A stretch of 63,969 bases of DNA, counting the filler, from Octopus bimaculoides (Eukaryota), in assembly GCF_001194135.2 (NCBI RefSeq). It is 5 parts of 5 records of this genome, joined end to end, with 100 filler letters (N's around TTAATTAATTAA, not from the genome) between each part and the next. Parts side by side here need not be neighbours in the genome. Positions count along the whole stretch, not along the records: positions 10,327 to 38,260 come from NC_069005.1; positions 38,361 to 57,315 come from NC_068985.1; 3 more parts are not named here. One strand, written 5' to 3'. Position numbers and translations under genes: made by a program. Every line of letters starts with the position of its first letter. The first letter of the stretch is position 1. This document shows positions 36,964-46,707 of this stretch, piece by piece. The notes under the pieces were generated by a model, which saw nothing but the letters and a program-made list of their open reading frames with translations, searched no databases and was not told where the DNA came from.

Positions 36964-37716
36964 CCTACCTGTCTGTCTATCTATCTATATACCTGTCTGT
37001 CTATCTATCTATCTGTCTGTCTATCTATCTATCTACCTACCTGTCTGTCTATCTATCTATCTATCTACCTGTCTGTCCTACCTGTCTGTCTATCTAGTTC
37101 TCTTTCTCATTTTCTCTCCTCTCTCTTGTTTTCTCTCTCTATATATATATCTATCTATCTAGTTCTCTCTCTCTCTTTCTCGTTCTCTCTCTCGTTCTCA
37201 CTCTCTCTCTCTCTGCCTACCTATTTATCTCATTCTCTCTCTCTCCTCTCTCTCTCTCTCTTTCTATCTATCTATCTATCTATCTATCTTATTCTCTCTC
37301 CTCTTGTTCTCTTTCCTCTCCCCCTCTCTCTCTCTCCATAGTATTGTCTGGTGAATATTCTTGTGTAAATATATTCTGTGTTAATGGTAAATATTTTGTC
37401 TTTGGAACTTCACACAGATTGTTGTTCTTCCATCCACCTGTCAACCAACATACCAGAATATTTCTGCCGTTACAGATCTGTAAATTTTTTCCATTTTGTC
37501 AGTTTTGTTCCATGTTGACTCTTGTTTCCTAAATTCCATTTGAAACAGTGTCGAAGATTGTGAGAGTGATTCGACAGCCTCGTGGAAATATGCTTCTGGT
37601 TGGCATTGGAGGAAGTGGACGGCAGAGCCTCACTCGATTGGCCAGCAGTATTTGTGAATACACTCTTTTTGCAATTGAGGTCACGAAACATTATCGGAAA
37701 TCAGAATTCAGAGAAG
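11453..37716 (+). CDS. DNAH2: Axonemal dynein heavy chain 2-like gene, internal multi-exon fragment (21 visible exons, 2 inferred in gaps; N- and C-terminal parts absent from window)
   Basis: The spliced translation gives four dynein AAA P-loops ([32 protein letters not shown]) and Walker B motifs (CFDEFNR, WIIFDG, FLDDFNM). All exons are AG/GT bounded with consistent phases. Long stretches such as [37 protein letters not shown] and [16 protein letters not shown] match my recollection of vertebrate DNAH2 specifically. Confidence 0.93.
11617..12219. mobile_element. Three tandem diverged copies of a TTAA-flanked piggyBac-like MITE (another copy at 24088-24312)
   Basis: The third copy is complete (TTAA-ccctttagcatt...gatgctaaatgg-TTAA, 11992-12219). 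The internal motifs ttttgaattaat and gagaggtcagatc recur at roughly 200-nt spacing. Confidence 0.7.
12326..12451 (+). CDS. DNAH2: DNAH2-like exon ([11 protein letters not shown]...[12 protein letters not shown]), phase 0/0
   Basis: gacag|GCT...CAA|gtaaga; 126 nt; dynein linker motif WL.DIE.TMR. Confidence 0.9.
12647..13082. repeat. 29-bp minisatellite with higher-order structure
   Basis: Monomer about gccacaggtaccctactacaccaatattg; a variant monomer recurs at 12647, 12763, 12879 and 12966 (spacing 116, 116, 87). Confidence 0.9.
13297..13407 (+). CDS. DNAH2: DNAH2-like exon ([18 protein letters not shown]...KKKQ), phase 0/0
   Basis: ctacag|ATG...CAG|gttaaa; 111 nt; ASQIQWT motif. Confidence 0.92.
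13938..14126 (+). CDS. DNAH2: DNAH2-like exon (VVMLNKY...TIEVHSRD...[13 protein letters not shown]), phase 0/0
   Basis: cttcag|GTG...AAG|gtctag; 189 nt. Confidence 0.92.
14132..14586. repeat. Compound (TCN)n/(GAN)n trinucleotide satellite in DNAH2 intron
   Basis: Runs of tct/tcc/tcg/tca. Confidence 0.95.
15397..15690 (+). CDS. DNAH2: DNAH2-like exon, AAA1 Walker A ([20 protein letters not shown]...[10 protein letters not shown]...SGLAQ), phase 0/0
   Basis: ttgcag|GAG...CAG|gtgagt; 294 nt. Confidence 0.97.
15810..16290. repeat. About 34-bp degenerate minisatellite
   Basis: Unit about attggagtgcagcttgtcagagtgtgacagacaa, roughly a dozen copies, no spacers. Confidence 0.85.
16991..17216. mobile_element. 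piggyBac-like MITE with TTAA target duplication
   Basis: TTAA-ccctttcattac...gtaacgaaaggg-TTAA; ends 42 nt upstream of the exon 17259 acceptor. Confidence 0.75.
17259..17439 (+). CDS. DNAH2: DNAH2-like exon, AAA1 Walker B ([13 protein letters not shown]...FITMNP), phase 0/1
   Basis: tttcag|ACG...CCAG|gtaaag; 181 nt. Confidence 0.97.
17526..17800 (+). mobile_element. RTE-related 3' tail repeat
   Basis: ggaagggcatccagct...ccaacccatgccagcat + (gat)n tail; related pieces near 18250-18360(-), 28735, 29800-29880 and 36100-36150. Confidence 0.6.
18523..18650 (+). CDS. DNAH2: DNAH2-like exon ([25 protein letters not shown]...FSNTK), phase 1/0
   Basis: ttttcag|GT...AAG|gtatgg; 128 nt. Confidence 0.97.
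19932..20057 (+). CDS. DNAH2: DNAH2-like exon ([32 protein letters not shown]...DDK), phase 0/0
   Basis: tttttag|ATT...AAG|gtgact; 126 nt. Confidence 0.95.
20376..20520 (+). mobile_element. tRNA-derived SINE family C (inverted partner at 20750-20870)
   Basis: tggcctagtgg A-box, ggtttcaattcc B-box, ccttgagcaaaacact core-like block. Confidence 0.7.
20871..21274 (-). mobile_element. tRNA-derived SINE family B, full-length representative
   Basis: A/B-box-like head (tggctgtgtggtaag...ggttcagtccc), CORE-like ccttgggcaagt, internal (TA)/(CA) tract and gagtaaaa tail. Other copies or parts: 10706-10812(-), 13680-13842(+), 18725-19053(-), 25867-26174(+), 27372-27555(-), 29500-29640(+), 33345-33490(+), 33570-33839(-), 36165-36360(+), 38400-38620(+), 43125-43325(-), 47865-48265(+), 53780-53941(-), 54497-54815(+), 54825-54990(-), 56093-56161(+), 57422-57615(-). 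Confidence 0.85.
21321..21524 (+). CDS. DNAH2: DNAH2-like exon, AAA2 P-loop ([26 protein letters not shown]), phase 0/0
   Basis: ctttag|TTT...AAG|gtaatt; 204 nt; an in-frame alternative donor (gtaaag) lies 6 nt upstream. Confidence 0.93.
22169..22457. mobile_element. hAT (Charlie-like) MITE
   Basis: 14-bp TIRs cagtgctactcaaa / tttgagaagcactg (1 mismatch); TSD not preserved. Confidence 0.7.
22563..22680 (+). CDS. DNAH2: DNAH2-like exon ([35 protein letters not shown]), phase 0/1
   Basis: ccacag|GAG...TCAG|gttata; 118 nt. Confidence 0.96.
23291..23427 (+). CDS. DNAH2: DNAH2-like exon ([35 protein letters not shown]), phase 1/0
   Basis: ggcag|AT...CAG|gtaaga; 137 nt. Confidence 0.97.
24507..24647 (+). 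CDS. DNAH2: DNAH2-like exon ([25 protein letters not shown]...KKNK), phase 0/0
   Basis: tttcag|GTT...AAA|gtagat; 141 nt. Confidence 0.95.
25636..25794 (+). CDS. DNAH2: DNAH2-like exon (ELVEEIRR...[10 protein letters not shown]...ATAENG), phase 0/0
   Basis: ttttag|GAA...GGG|gtaggt; 159 nt. Confidence 0.92.
27092..27339 (+). CDS. DNAH2: DNAH2-like exon (VDFG...[18 protein letters not shown]...GWRYNP), phase 0/2
   Basis: ttccag|GTT...CCATC|gttagt; 248 nt. Confidence 0.93.
28005..28365 (+). mobile_element. R4/Dong-like non-LTR retrotransposon C-terminus (RLE domain), 5'-truncated
   Basis: [20 protein letters not shown]...[20 protein letters not shown]...[10 protein letters not shown]...QKTVL..TAHILR. 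Confidence 0.8.
29145..29343 (+). CDS. DNAH2: DNAH2-like exon, AAA3 P-loop (VPTVDTVRY...[11 protein letters not shown]...MSAQ), phase 2/0
   Basis: tttcag|T GTG...CAG|gtaagt; 199 nt. Confidence 0.96.
30589..30813 (+). CDS. DNAH2: DNAH2-like exon ([20 protein letters not shown]...[23 protein letters not shown]...), phase 0/0
   Basis: ttttag|ACA...AAG|gtaata; 225 nt. Confidence 0.96.
31723..31827 (+). CDS. DNAH2: DNAH2-like exon ([35 protein letters not shown]), phase 0/0
   Basis: ttttag|GGT...ACG|gtaagt; 105 nt. Confidence 0.96.
32254..32363. mobile_element. Tc1/mariner element end inserted at TA, truncated by gap
   Basis: TA-cagggtgtccacaaagtc terminus typical of Tc1-like TIRs. Confidence 0.6.
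33068..33256 (+). CDS. DNAH2: DNAH2-like exon ([15 protein letters not shown]...[18 protein letters not shown]), phase 0/0
   Basis: aaacag|GAT...AGG|gtgaga; 189 nt. Confidence 0.96.
33913..33998 (+). CDS. DNAH2: DNAH2-like exon ([11 protein letters not shown]...RLWIHECFR), phase 0/2
   Basis: ttccag|GTA...TTTCG|gtaagt; 86 nt. Confidence 0.96.
34125..34409 (-). mobile_element. RTE LINE apurinic endonuclease fragment (partial second copy at 35125-35280)
   Basis: [11 protein letters not shown]...[19 protein letters not shown] is the APE motif of RTE elements. Confidence 0.8.
34422..34640 (+). mobile_element. tRNA-derived SINE family A, copy with 12-bp target-site duplication
   Basis: B-box gagttcaaattcc; TSD aagactagcctg at 34410-34421 and 34641-34652. 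Other copies: 9471-9681(-), 19666-19875(+), 28815-29037(-), 38861-39069(-), 42062-42245(-), 42258-42471(-), 42665-42749(-). Confidence 0.85.
36534..36683 (+). CDS. DNAH2: DNAH2-like exon ([12 protein letters not shown]...[13 protein letters not shown]), phase 1/1
   Basis: cttcag|GT...CATG|gtcagt; 150 nt. Confidence 0.93.
37549..37716 (+). CDS. DNAH2: DNAH2-like exon, AAA4 P-loop ([23 protein letters not shown]...EFRE), phase 1/1
   Basis: aaacag|TG...GAAG|gtaagt; 168 nt; last exon before the scaffold linker. Confidence 0.96.
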
Positions 37717-37989
37717 GTAAGTACAAAATAGCAAGCGCACCATTTGAAGTTACTGGAAGTTTTCTTGCTACAAAATCCACCATATTTTCCAGCATTTAAG
37801 TCAATTAAGTCTTTAGTATAAGCATTGAAACATCATCTCTATCTTTCCAAATCCTGCTGCATTCCACATGGAATTTGGGGTCTTCCAAAGTCATCTTTGT
37901 GTATAAGTTAACCTACCTTCTTTTCACTGTAAATTTTGACCTGAAAAGTTCAACATGTATACCGGAATATACAGTGCAAATTCTTTCAC

Positions 37990-38150
37990 ATACAAGGCGG
38001 TGCTGAAAAGTTCCTGGCTTTGGGTAAAAGAAAATACAGGAGGATCTGTTAATTATGGTTTTATTCAACATATTCCCCTCTCACATTCACACACTTATTG
38101 CAGCGGTCCTTCAGTTTTTCCAAGCCCTGCCAAAGAACTCAGAAGGTTGG
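37990..38150. mobile_element. Mariner terminal fragment
   Basis: TA-caaggcggtgctgaaaagttcc resembles a mariner TIR; no coding remnant seen. Confidence 0.5.
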
Positions 38151-38365
38151 AAATTTTCAGAGACCTTACCATCGTCTCCACCTCTGTAGCGATTAAAGGC
38201 AATGCATTAGTAGCAAAAGCAATAACGGTTGTGGTGGTGGTGGTGGTGGTGGTGGTGGTGNNNNNNNNNNNNNNNNNNNNNNNNNNNNNNNNNNNNNNNN
38301 NNNNTTAATTAATTAANNNNNNNNNNNNNNNNNNNNNNNNNNNNNNNNNNNNNNNNNNNNATATG

Positions 38366-38406
<41 letters not shown>

Positions 38407-39315
38407 GTTTGTGTGTCTGTGTTTGTCCCTCCCACCATCGCTTGACATCCGATGCTGGTGTGTTTAAGTCCCCGTAACTTAGCGGTTCGGCAAAAGAGAC
38501 CGATAGAATAAGTACTAGGCTTACAAAGAATAAGTCCTGGGGTCGATTTGCTCGATTAAAGGCGGTGCCCCAGCATGGCCACAGTCAAATGACTGAAACA
38601 AGTAAAAGAGTAAAAAGAGTATATGTATGTGTGTGTGTGTGTGTCTGTAGTGCATGGGAGAGACTTTATGCCAATAATAATAAAACTCGAATAGGTTTAA
38701 TTCCCCTAAATATGGTTGCGAATAGCGACGAAAGACCTTTGAGTAACAGACAATCAATTGATCGTTTAACCAGCACATTAAAGAATCGATCGGTTGGTTA
38801 GACATTTAACCAATTGATTATCAATAAAGAAGTGAAATTGAACCAATGCGTGTGTGTTATTATTCTTTTCTACTCGGGGCACAAGGCCCGAAATACTGGG
38901 AGAGGGAGCCAGTGGATCAGATCAACCCCAGTACGTATCTGGTACTTAATTTATCGACCCCGAAAGGGTGAAAGGCAAAGTCGACCTCGGCGGAATTTGA
39001 ACTCAGAACGTAAATACAGAAGAAATGCATTTCGCCCGGCGTGCTAACGTTTCTGCCAAGCTCACCGCCTTATTACGCCATAATGTCTCTCTCAAGACAC
39101 AACAAAACTTGTTTCAACACACGAATTCACATCGAGGATCTTGCAAACCAAATACAAGAACGAAGTGTGCATGTATGTATGTATATATGTATGCATGTAT
39201 GCAAATGTGTCGTTTGTATGTATGTATATGTATATATATGTATGTACATATATATTCGGTCGTCGTTCTACTTTCTCTCTCTCCCTCGCTTTCTCTCTCT
39301 CTGTCTCTCTCTGTC

Positions 39316-39391
<76 letters not shown>

Positions 39392-39573
39392 TTTCATTCC
39401 GTTCAGGGGTTGACATCCAAGCAATTAACTGTTCACTTTTCTCTCAACACATTATGTACGCATACTGACCCCGGTTGTAGTTTCTTTTGCTTGCCTTATT
39501 TGTTTGTCTTTAAAGCTAATTATTCTTTGTATTCTTATGTTAATTACGGGAAGGGAGCCCTAAGCAGTAATGT

Positions 39574-40154
39574 GTATAAATGCAATGTTATTACCAAATT
39601 CAAATATGCTAGTGACAGGATCGAACTCGTACGCAAGCCATTCATTGTGTTTTGTCATGGAGAACATTTCTAGCGGTATACAAATGGTGTAAAAATATCT
39701 AAATTACCTCTCCAGACTGTGAGATGCAAGTATTTCGTAGTGGTTATCTCCTCTTCAGTCACAAAAATCAGACGGGGGCGCTGCGAGCTGATAAGAGAGA
39801 TTGTCTCTTTTATGCTATTCCAGTCATCGTACGATGGCTGGTAACGATAATCGGCGGGTCGCCGTAAACAAATTACGGGGAAAGAAGGCCGAGCGGAATA
39901 GCATAAGAGAGACAATCCTTCTTGTCACCTCGCAGCACACTCTGTCCGGTTTCTGTGACTGAAGAGGAGACAACCACTCCAAAATGCTTGCATCACACAG
40001 TCTGTAGAGATGGCGCTGCGAGCTGATTTACGTGTATTTACACCATTTATTCATAGTGAGAAATTTCTCCATGACAAAACACAGTGAATGGCTTGTTTAC
40101 GAGTTCGAACGTGCCACTAGAATATTTGAACTGGTAATAACATTGCATTTATAC
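39574..40154. repeat. Foldback element, about 250-bp imperfect inverted arms with 73-nt spacer, hammerhead-like motif in each arm
   Basis: Arms 39574-39821 and 39895-40154 align by eye as reverse complements (e.g. gccattcattgtgttttgtcatggagaa / ttctccatgacaaaacacagtgaatggc). Confidence 0.85.
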
Positions 40155-41659
40155 CTATGTTAAGCCACTAGACGTAAATATTTGCCGTATATCAGTATAT
40201 TTCATAACTTTCAGTGTATTTTCATACATCTCAAGTTCTGATAACTCGTGATACTGTAAACGCTGTTCCGTGTTTCACTGTCTTAGTCTTTTTATATTCT
40301 GGCTCTAACTGATTTTTCCTTGCTGAAGTTTTCTTTACATCAATTCGCACTCTGAATCTGAGGTCCTGCTTTAAAACATATCGAAACAACGTATGTTCAC
40401 TGATCCGCTGATGATAGAAGATATTGATTTACTTGAGCTTCTGACTTGTTTTCTGTGTTTAATTCTTCTCAACTTTGTAACGAAGCACAGATTTTCCCCT
40501 AAGAATGTTGCTTATATATTATTTATTCATGTAAGTTCTTTCCTCCTATATTTTCTCTTCCCTCCTATATTTTCTCTTCCCTCACCCACCTGTCTGGTCT
40601 TTCTCCTCTCTCTTCCCTCCTGATTCTTCACCTCGCAATTTATGCCTCTTCTCCCCTTCCCTATCTCTTCATCTTTCGTCCCTAAATCATTTTCCGACTT
40701 CCCATAAACCTGTTTGTTAGTTCTTCTTAAAACTTGGTTGCGCTGTCATTCATTTTGCTCTCCGCTGCCTGTTTGTATTCGTCTGGGAGGTAACGTTCAA
40801 GCAATTACCTATATCCTCTGTTCGTCTGTCTATTTTATTTTAGTCGAAAGTTTTTCAATCTCTCTTTAATATCCTTTATCAGCTCATCCCCTCAGTTGCT
40901 GGTCTCAGCTTTAAAAAACTAATTATTTTCCGTATTCTTCCTGTTACAAAGTTAAACTTAAATATTTGTTGTACATAATTTTCTCTCAATGTATTTATAT
41001 TTTCGTACACCTATTCTTGTCTTATCTCGTGATACTTTAAATACACTGTTCCACGTTTCGTGATTCCAACCCTTATTTTATTGGTCTGTATTTACTACAC
41101 CGTTGCTCAGTCGAATATTTCTTTGACTCTACTGCTACACTGAAACCCGGAGTCATGTCTTCAAATGTGCCGAAATTGCGCAACTTTACTGAAGAGCTAA
41201 TGAAAAATGCGTCCTAGTTTGTACTTTTCCATTATTATTTTTCGATTTGTTCTCTGTGCCAAATTATATTTGCTCCATTTCCTTCTCTCTCCCACTTTCC
41301 CCGTTCGCTCTCTCCCTCCCCACCCTGTGTGTATGTGTGCATCTGTCAGTCTATCTGCGTATGTATACATACACACACACACACACATACACATCGTAAA
41401 TGTTTGTTTACATTATTCATGAGAAGATTTATATTGTTTGTAACTTTGGTATTTGAAATGCGAGGCAACTAATCCCTGATGAGCGCTAAGAAAAGCGAAA
41501 CTGATCGGTCGCTCCACACGTTTAACTGCTTAAAGTCTCGTATAGTTTAGACACCAATTATATTATGCCCACGGCGAGATATGCTTATTATTCATATTAT
41601 ATGATTCCAGTTATATATTTCTTTCTAACTACATAATTCTAATACACACAAGCGCGCAC

Positions 41660-41765
<106 letters not shown>

Positions 41766-43040
41766 GTACAAACACACACTCACACACACAAATAAAAATT
41801 TATGACTTTCTGGCTCACCCTTGTAATGTATACATACATACGTACGTACTAATATACACAAACGTAGAAGCATGTATATGAGTATGTGTGTACACGTGTA
41901 AGTGTACGCGTTTGAATACGTTGAAGAGAGGGAGAGGTCACAGGGACCCTTGAATTGTTCGTTTCGTAATCATCTGGTGTATATATACATATATAATTTC
42001 ATTACGATCGAGTAAGTTTCTTCTTCTGTATAATTGAATTGGCTTAAAATATTGGTTTCAAATTTATGCACAGGGCCAGCAAATGATAACCAAGTCCTCA
42101 ACTGGTATTTATTTTGTCGACCACTTAAGGATAAAAGGCAAAGTCGACCGCACCGCGCTGGAATTTGAACTCAGAACGTAAAGATGGACGAAATGCCGCT
42201 AAGCATTTTGCCCTGGGCGATAACGATTCAGCTAGCTCGCCGCCTTATTGGCCGAAATATTCTTTTCTACTCTAGGCACAAGGCCTGAAATTTTGTGGGG
42301 TGGGGCCAGTCGACTATATCGACTCCAGTACGCAACTGGTACTTAATTTATCGACCCCGAAAGGATGAAAGACAAAGTCGACCTGGGCGGAATTTGAACT
42401 CAGAACGTAAATAGAGAGAAATACCGCTAAGCATTTCGCCCGGCGTGCTAACGTTTCTGCCAGCTCGCCGCTTTATTACGCCGTAATGTCTCTCTCAAGA
42501 CACGACAAAACATGTTTCAACACACGAATTCACACCAAGGATCTTGCAAACTAAATACAAGAACGAAGTGTGTATGTATGCATGCGTGTATGTATGTCTG
42601 TATGTATGTATGTATGTATGTATGTATGTATGTATGTATGTACGTACGTATATATGTATGTATGAATTTGAACTCAGAACGTAAAGACAGACGAAATACC
42701 GCCAAGCATTTTGCCCCGTGTACTAATGGTTCTGCCAACTCACCGCCTTAATTGCCCTAAATATTGAGAGTAAAATACATTTATCAAAGCATTTTATCAG
42801 TAATTATAATGTCCAGCCTTCTTACCCTCTTACTACCTTGTGGAATGCTCCACGATTTAAACTACAATACTATGCCTGAGGTAGACACGTTGACTGAAAA
42901 ACAACATTTGTGTGAAAAAGCGTGGTAAAACACGACGTCCATCTGCTTACTCACGTACCTACCTACATATCTATCTGTATCTACGTACCTACATGTCTAT
43001 CTATCTATCTGTCTATCTATCTATCTATCCATCTATCTAC

Positions 43041-43110
<70 letters not shown>

Positions 43111-44311
43111 GTCTGTCTGTCATTCTAGAGCACCGTCTTTAGTCGAACTAATCCACCCCAGAACTTATTCTTTGTAAGCTAAGTACTTATTCTATCGGCC
43201 TCTTTTGCCGAACTGCTAAGTTACGGAGAAGGAAACACACCAACATCGGTTGTCAAGCGATGGTGAGGGCCAAACACAGAAACACAGACAGACACACACG
43301 CACACACGCACACACACACACACACACAAAAGAGCCTATGTTATTGTATATAAACTATACTCTATTATAAAGGCCTTTTNNNNNNNNNNNNNNNNNNNNN
43401 NNNNNNNNNNNNNNNNNNNNNNNNNNNNNNNNNNNNNNNNNNNNNNNNNNNNNNNNNNNNNNNNNNNNNNNNNNNNNNNNNNNNNNNNNNNNNNNNNNNN
43501 NNNNNNNNNNNNNNNNNNNNNNNNNNNNNNNNNNNNNNNNNNNNNNNNNNNNNNNNNNNNNNNNNNNNNNNNNNNNNNNNNNNNNNNNNNNNNNNNNNNN
43601 NNNNNNNNNNNNNNNNNNNNNNNNNNNNNNNNNNNNNNNNNNNNNNNNNNNNNNNNNNNNNNNNNNNNNNNNNNNNNNNNNNNNNNNNNNNNNNNNNNNN
43701 NNNNNNNNNNNNNNNNNNNNNNNNNNNNNNNNNNNNNNNNNNNNNNNNNNNNNNNNNNNNNNNNNNNNNNNNNNNNNNNNNNNNNNNNNNNNNNNNNNNN
43801 NNNNNNNNNNNNNNNNNNNNNNNNNNNNNNNNNNNNNNNNNNNNNNNNNNNNNNNNNNNNNNNNNNNNNNNNNNNNNNNNNNNNNNNNNNNNNNNNNNNN
43901 NNNNNNNNNNNNNNNNNNNNNNNNNNNNNNNNNNNNNNNNNNNNNNNNNNNNNNNNNNNNNNNNNNNNNNNNNNNNNNNNNNNNNNNNNNNNNNNNNNNN
44001 NNNNNNNNNNNNNNNNNNNNNNNNNNNNNNNNNNNNNNNNNNNNNNNNNNNNNNNNNNNNNNNNNNNNNNNNNNNNNNNNNNNNNNNNNNNNNNNNNNNN
44101 NNNNNNNNNNNNNNNNNNNNNNNNNNNNNNNNNNNNNNNNNNNNNNNNNNNNNNNNNNNNNNNNNNNNNNNNNNNNNNNNNNNNNNNNNNNNNNNNNNNN
44201 NNNNNNNNNNNNNNNNNNNNNNNNNNNNNNNNNNNNNNNNNNNNNNNNNNNNNNNNNNNNNNNNNNNNNNNNNNNNNNNNNNNNNNNNNNNNNNNNNNNN
44301 NNNNNNNNNNN

Positions 44312-44361
<50 letters not shown>

Positions 44362-45002
44362 GCACATGCATGTCTGGAGAAACCAATTTCAAAATGCATA
44401 AAATTCTTTTGTTATTCATATTTTAATTTCGGTTTTGAGACTCCGGTTGGAACTATTAAAAGAGTACAATATATACGTCCATCCCTCCATCCCTCCATAC
44501 ATATAAATATATATATGTGTATATATATATCTGTGTGAGTGAGTGGTGAATTTAATATGCAATACTTTAAGCAGTAGGACCCGAGGAAACTGCTATATGG
44601 TATATAATTTTTTTCTTTTTAATTCCATTTTATTTATCTCGTTATTATTTTCTGCGACGGCAAATCGTGAATAAAACATGTAATAATCTGTTACATATGT
44701 AAACACACACATACATACAAACGCATAGGTACCAGCAACGATACATGTACAGAACAATACACACACACTCATACACACATACACACGCGGGTACACACAC
44801 GGACCTCCCTCCAACACACCCACATACACACTATTATACACTATACAACATGCTCAGCCCCTGCTAGGAAGCAGTCTAGTTCAACGGTCAATGGACAGAA
44901 CGTGAAAATTGGAAGATTTAATTCTCTGATCAAGGGTGATTTACTAAGATGAAATGAAACAACGTAATATTTCTGTAGACTCAGGAAAAGAAAAGGATAA
45001 AA

Positions 45003-45072
<70 letters not shown>

Positions 45073-46389
45073 TACTCTTTCAATTTTTTTCCTCTCACGC
45101 GCATCTCATTCCCTTTTTCATTCTCATACGCACAAACACACATTTAACAGAAGGCGTGTAACCTAGTATTTAGGGTGTTCGGCTCAGATCGTAATTTCGT
45201 GCGATCAGTTCTTGGGTGGTGTGGCACGTTATGTCCTTGGACAAGCCACTTCGTTTCACGTTATTCCATTCTACTAGTGATTAATTGCTACCGATGACGC
45301 GCAAATACGCTGAAATTCCGGATCTAGCAATTCCACTGCCGTTGCTAGGCGATTTTCCCCTTTTAATGATACTTGTGTGATTTTTTAGCGCAATACTAAA
45401 TACTTTCTCAAGACGATTATCGCATTATTATAACTTACAATATATCCACGTTAAGTAAGATAAACAATATGCTATTTTGAACGTACACTACGTCTGTCGA
45501 TAATAAGGAACACATACATACATACATAGACAGACAGACAGACACAAACACACACACATACTTATCTTCGAAACGTCTAGATAGAATAGAGGCAGCTGAT
45601 GAAGGGATATTCCAAGTGGCTTTCCGTTTTCCTATGTGTTCGTTCCGTTGTCTGTAGTTTATTGTTCTAACGTCCTGTACCCTGATATGCATATATATAC
45701 ACATGTAGATGTAAGTATATGTGTGTATATATGTGTGTATACATGTATATATATTCTTTGTATTATTACATTATTGAACGCACACGTCCTTTTTTGCAAG
45801 TAAGTCTCTCTCTCTCTCTCTATATATATATATGAATGTATATATGTGTATGTGTGTGTATATATATGAATAGCTATCTCCCCGCCCCCTTTCTCTGTCA
45901 ACACTCACACACACATATGTAAATATAAATATTATGTGTATGCGTGCATGTTTATTTGTATGTGTGTGAATGTGTGCATGGTGTATATATATGTGTGTGT
46001 GTGTGTGTGTGTGCGTGCTTGCGTGAAAACACAGAACTAGCTCGGTTTATTTTACGCCTTTGTCTTTAAGCCTCGTTTTAATAGCTGAGTGTGGTTACGC
46101 TGGAGCATTAACTTCCCACTTCGAGGAAAATGAGAATCAAAATCAACTCGAATGGACAGTAAAATGTGTTAGAACCTAATGTATTAGAACAAAATATCCA
46201 CAAACCATTTTCCCCCAATACCCATCTGATTTGGGATCCATCGTCGCTTCGATATACGAAATATGTATAAAATTATTGTCATTACGAAATGATTTTATGT
46301 CTTTCCCATATTTACGCTCGTAGGTTAGCAAATATTTGTATGCTTCTATAGATGTGTACAGTCAGATTTAATATGTTCACGTATACGCC

Positions 46390-46707
46390 AATATCTCGAG
46401 ATAAAACATTCTCCTTATAGACAATATATGCGAAAAATACACTGAGTGATGTCATCGGACCTAGGACGCATGCATTTCTACGTCATTGCGCTTCGTCAGC
46501 GAGAGACACATAGTCGTCTTTCATAGCCATGAAGAACTTGTTCTTATATCACAACAGCAAACGTACAAAATACTTGGTTTCGTAACTGATGACATCCAAC
46601 AACGTAAAAATGCATGCGTGCTACAGTCCGACGTTGTCATTCATAGGCCAGGAGTATATTTTTCACGCCTAATATCTATAAGGAGAATTTTTCTCTCGAG
46701 ATAATTT
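46390..46707. repeat. Foldback element, about 110-120-bp inverted arms with about 86-nt spacer
   Basis: tctcgaga...ttctccttataga...acgcatgcattt on the left versus aaatgcatgcgt...tctataaggagaa...tctcgaga on the right. Confidence 0.75.

Noticed and set aside
44842-44950. Possible minus-strand terminal exon (KSPLIRELNLPIFTFCPLTVELDCFLAGAEHVV*)
   Set aside because: Plausible acceptor only; no recognisable homology or partner exons.
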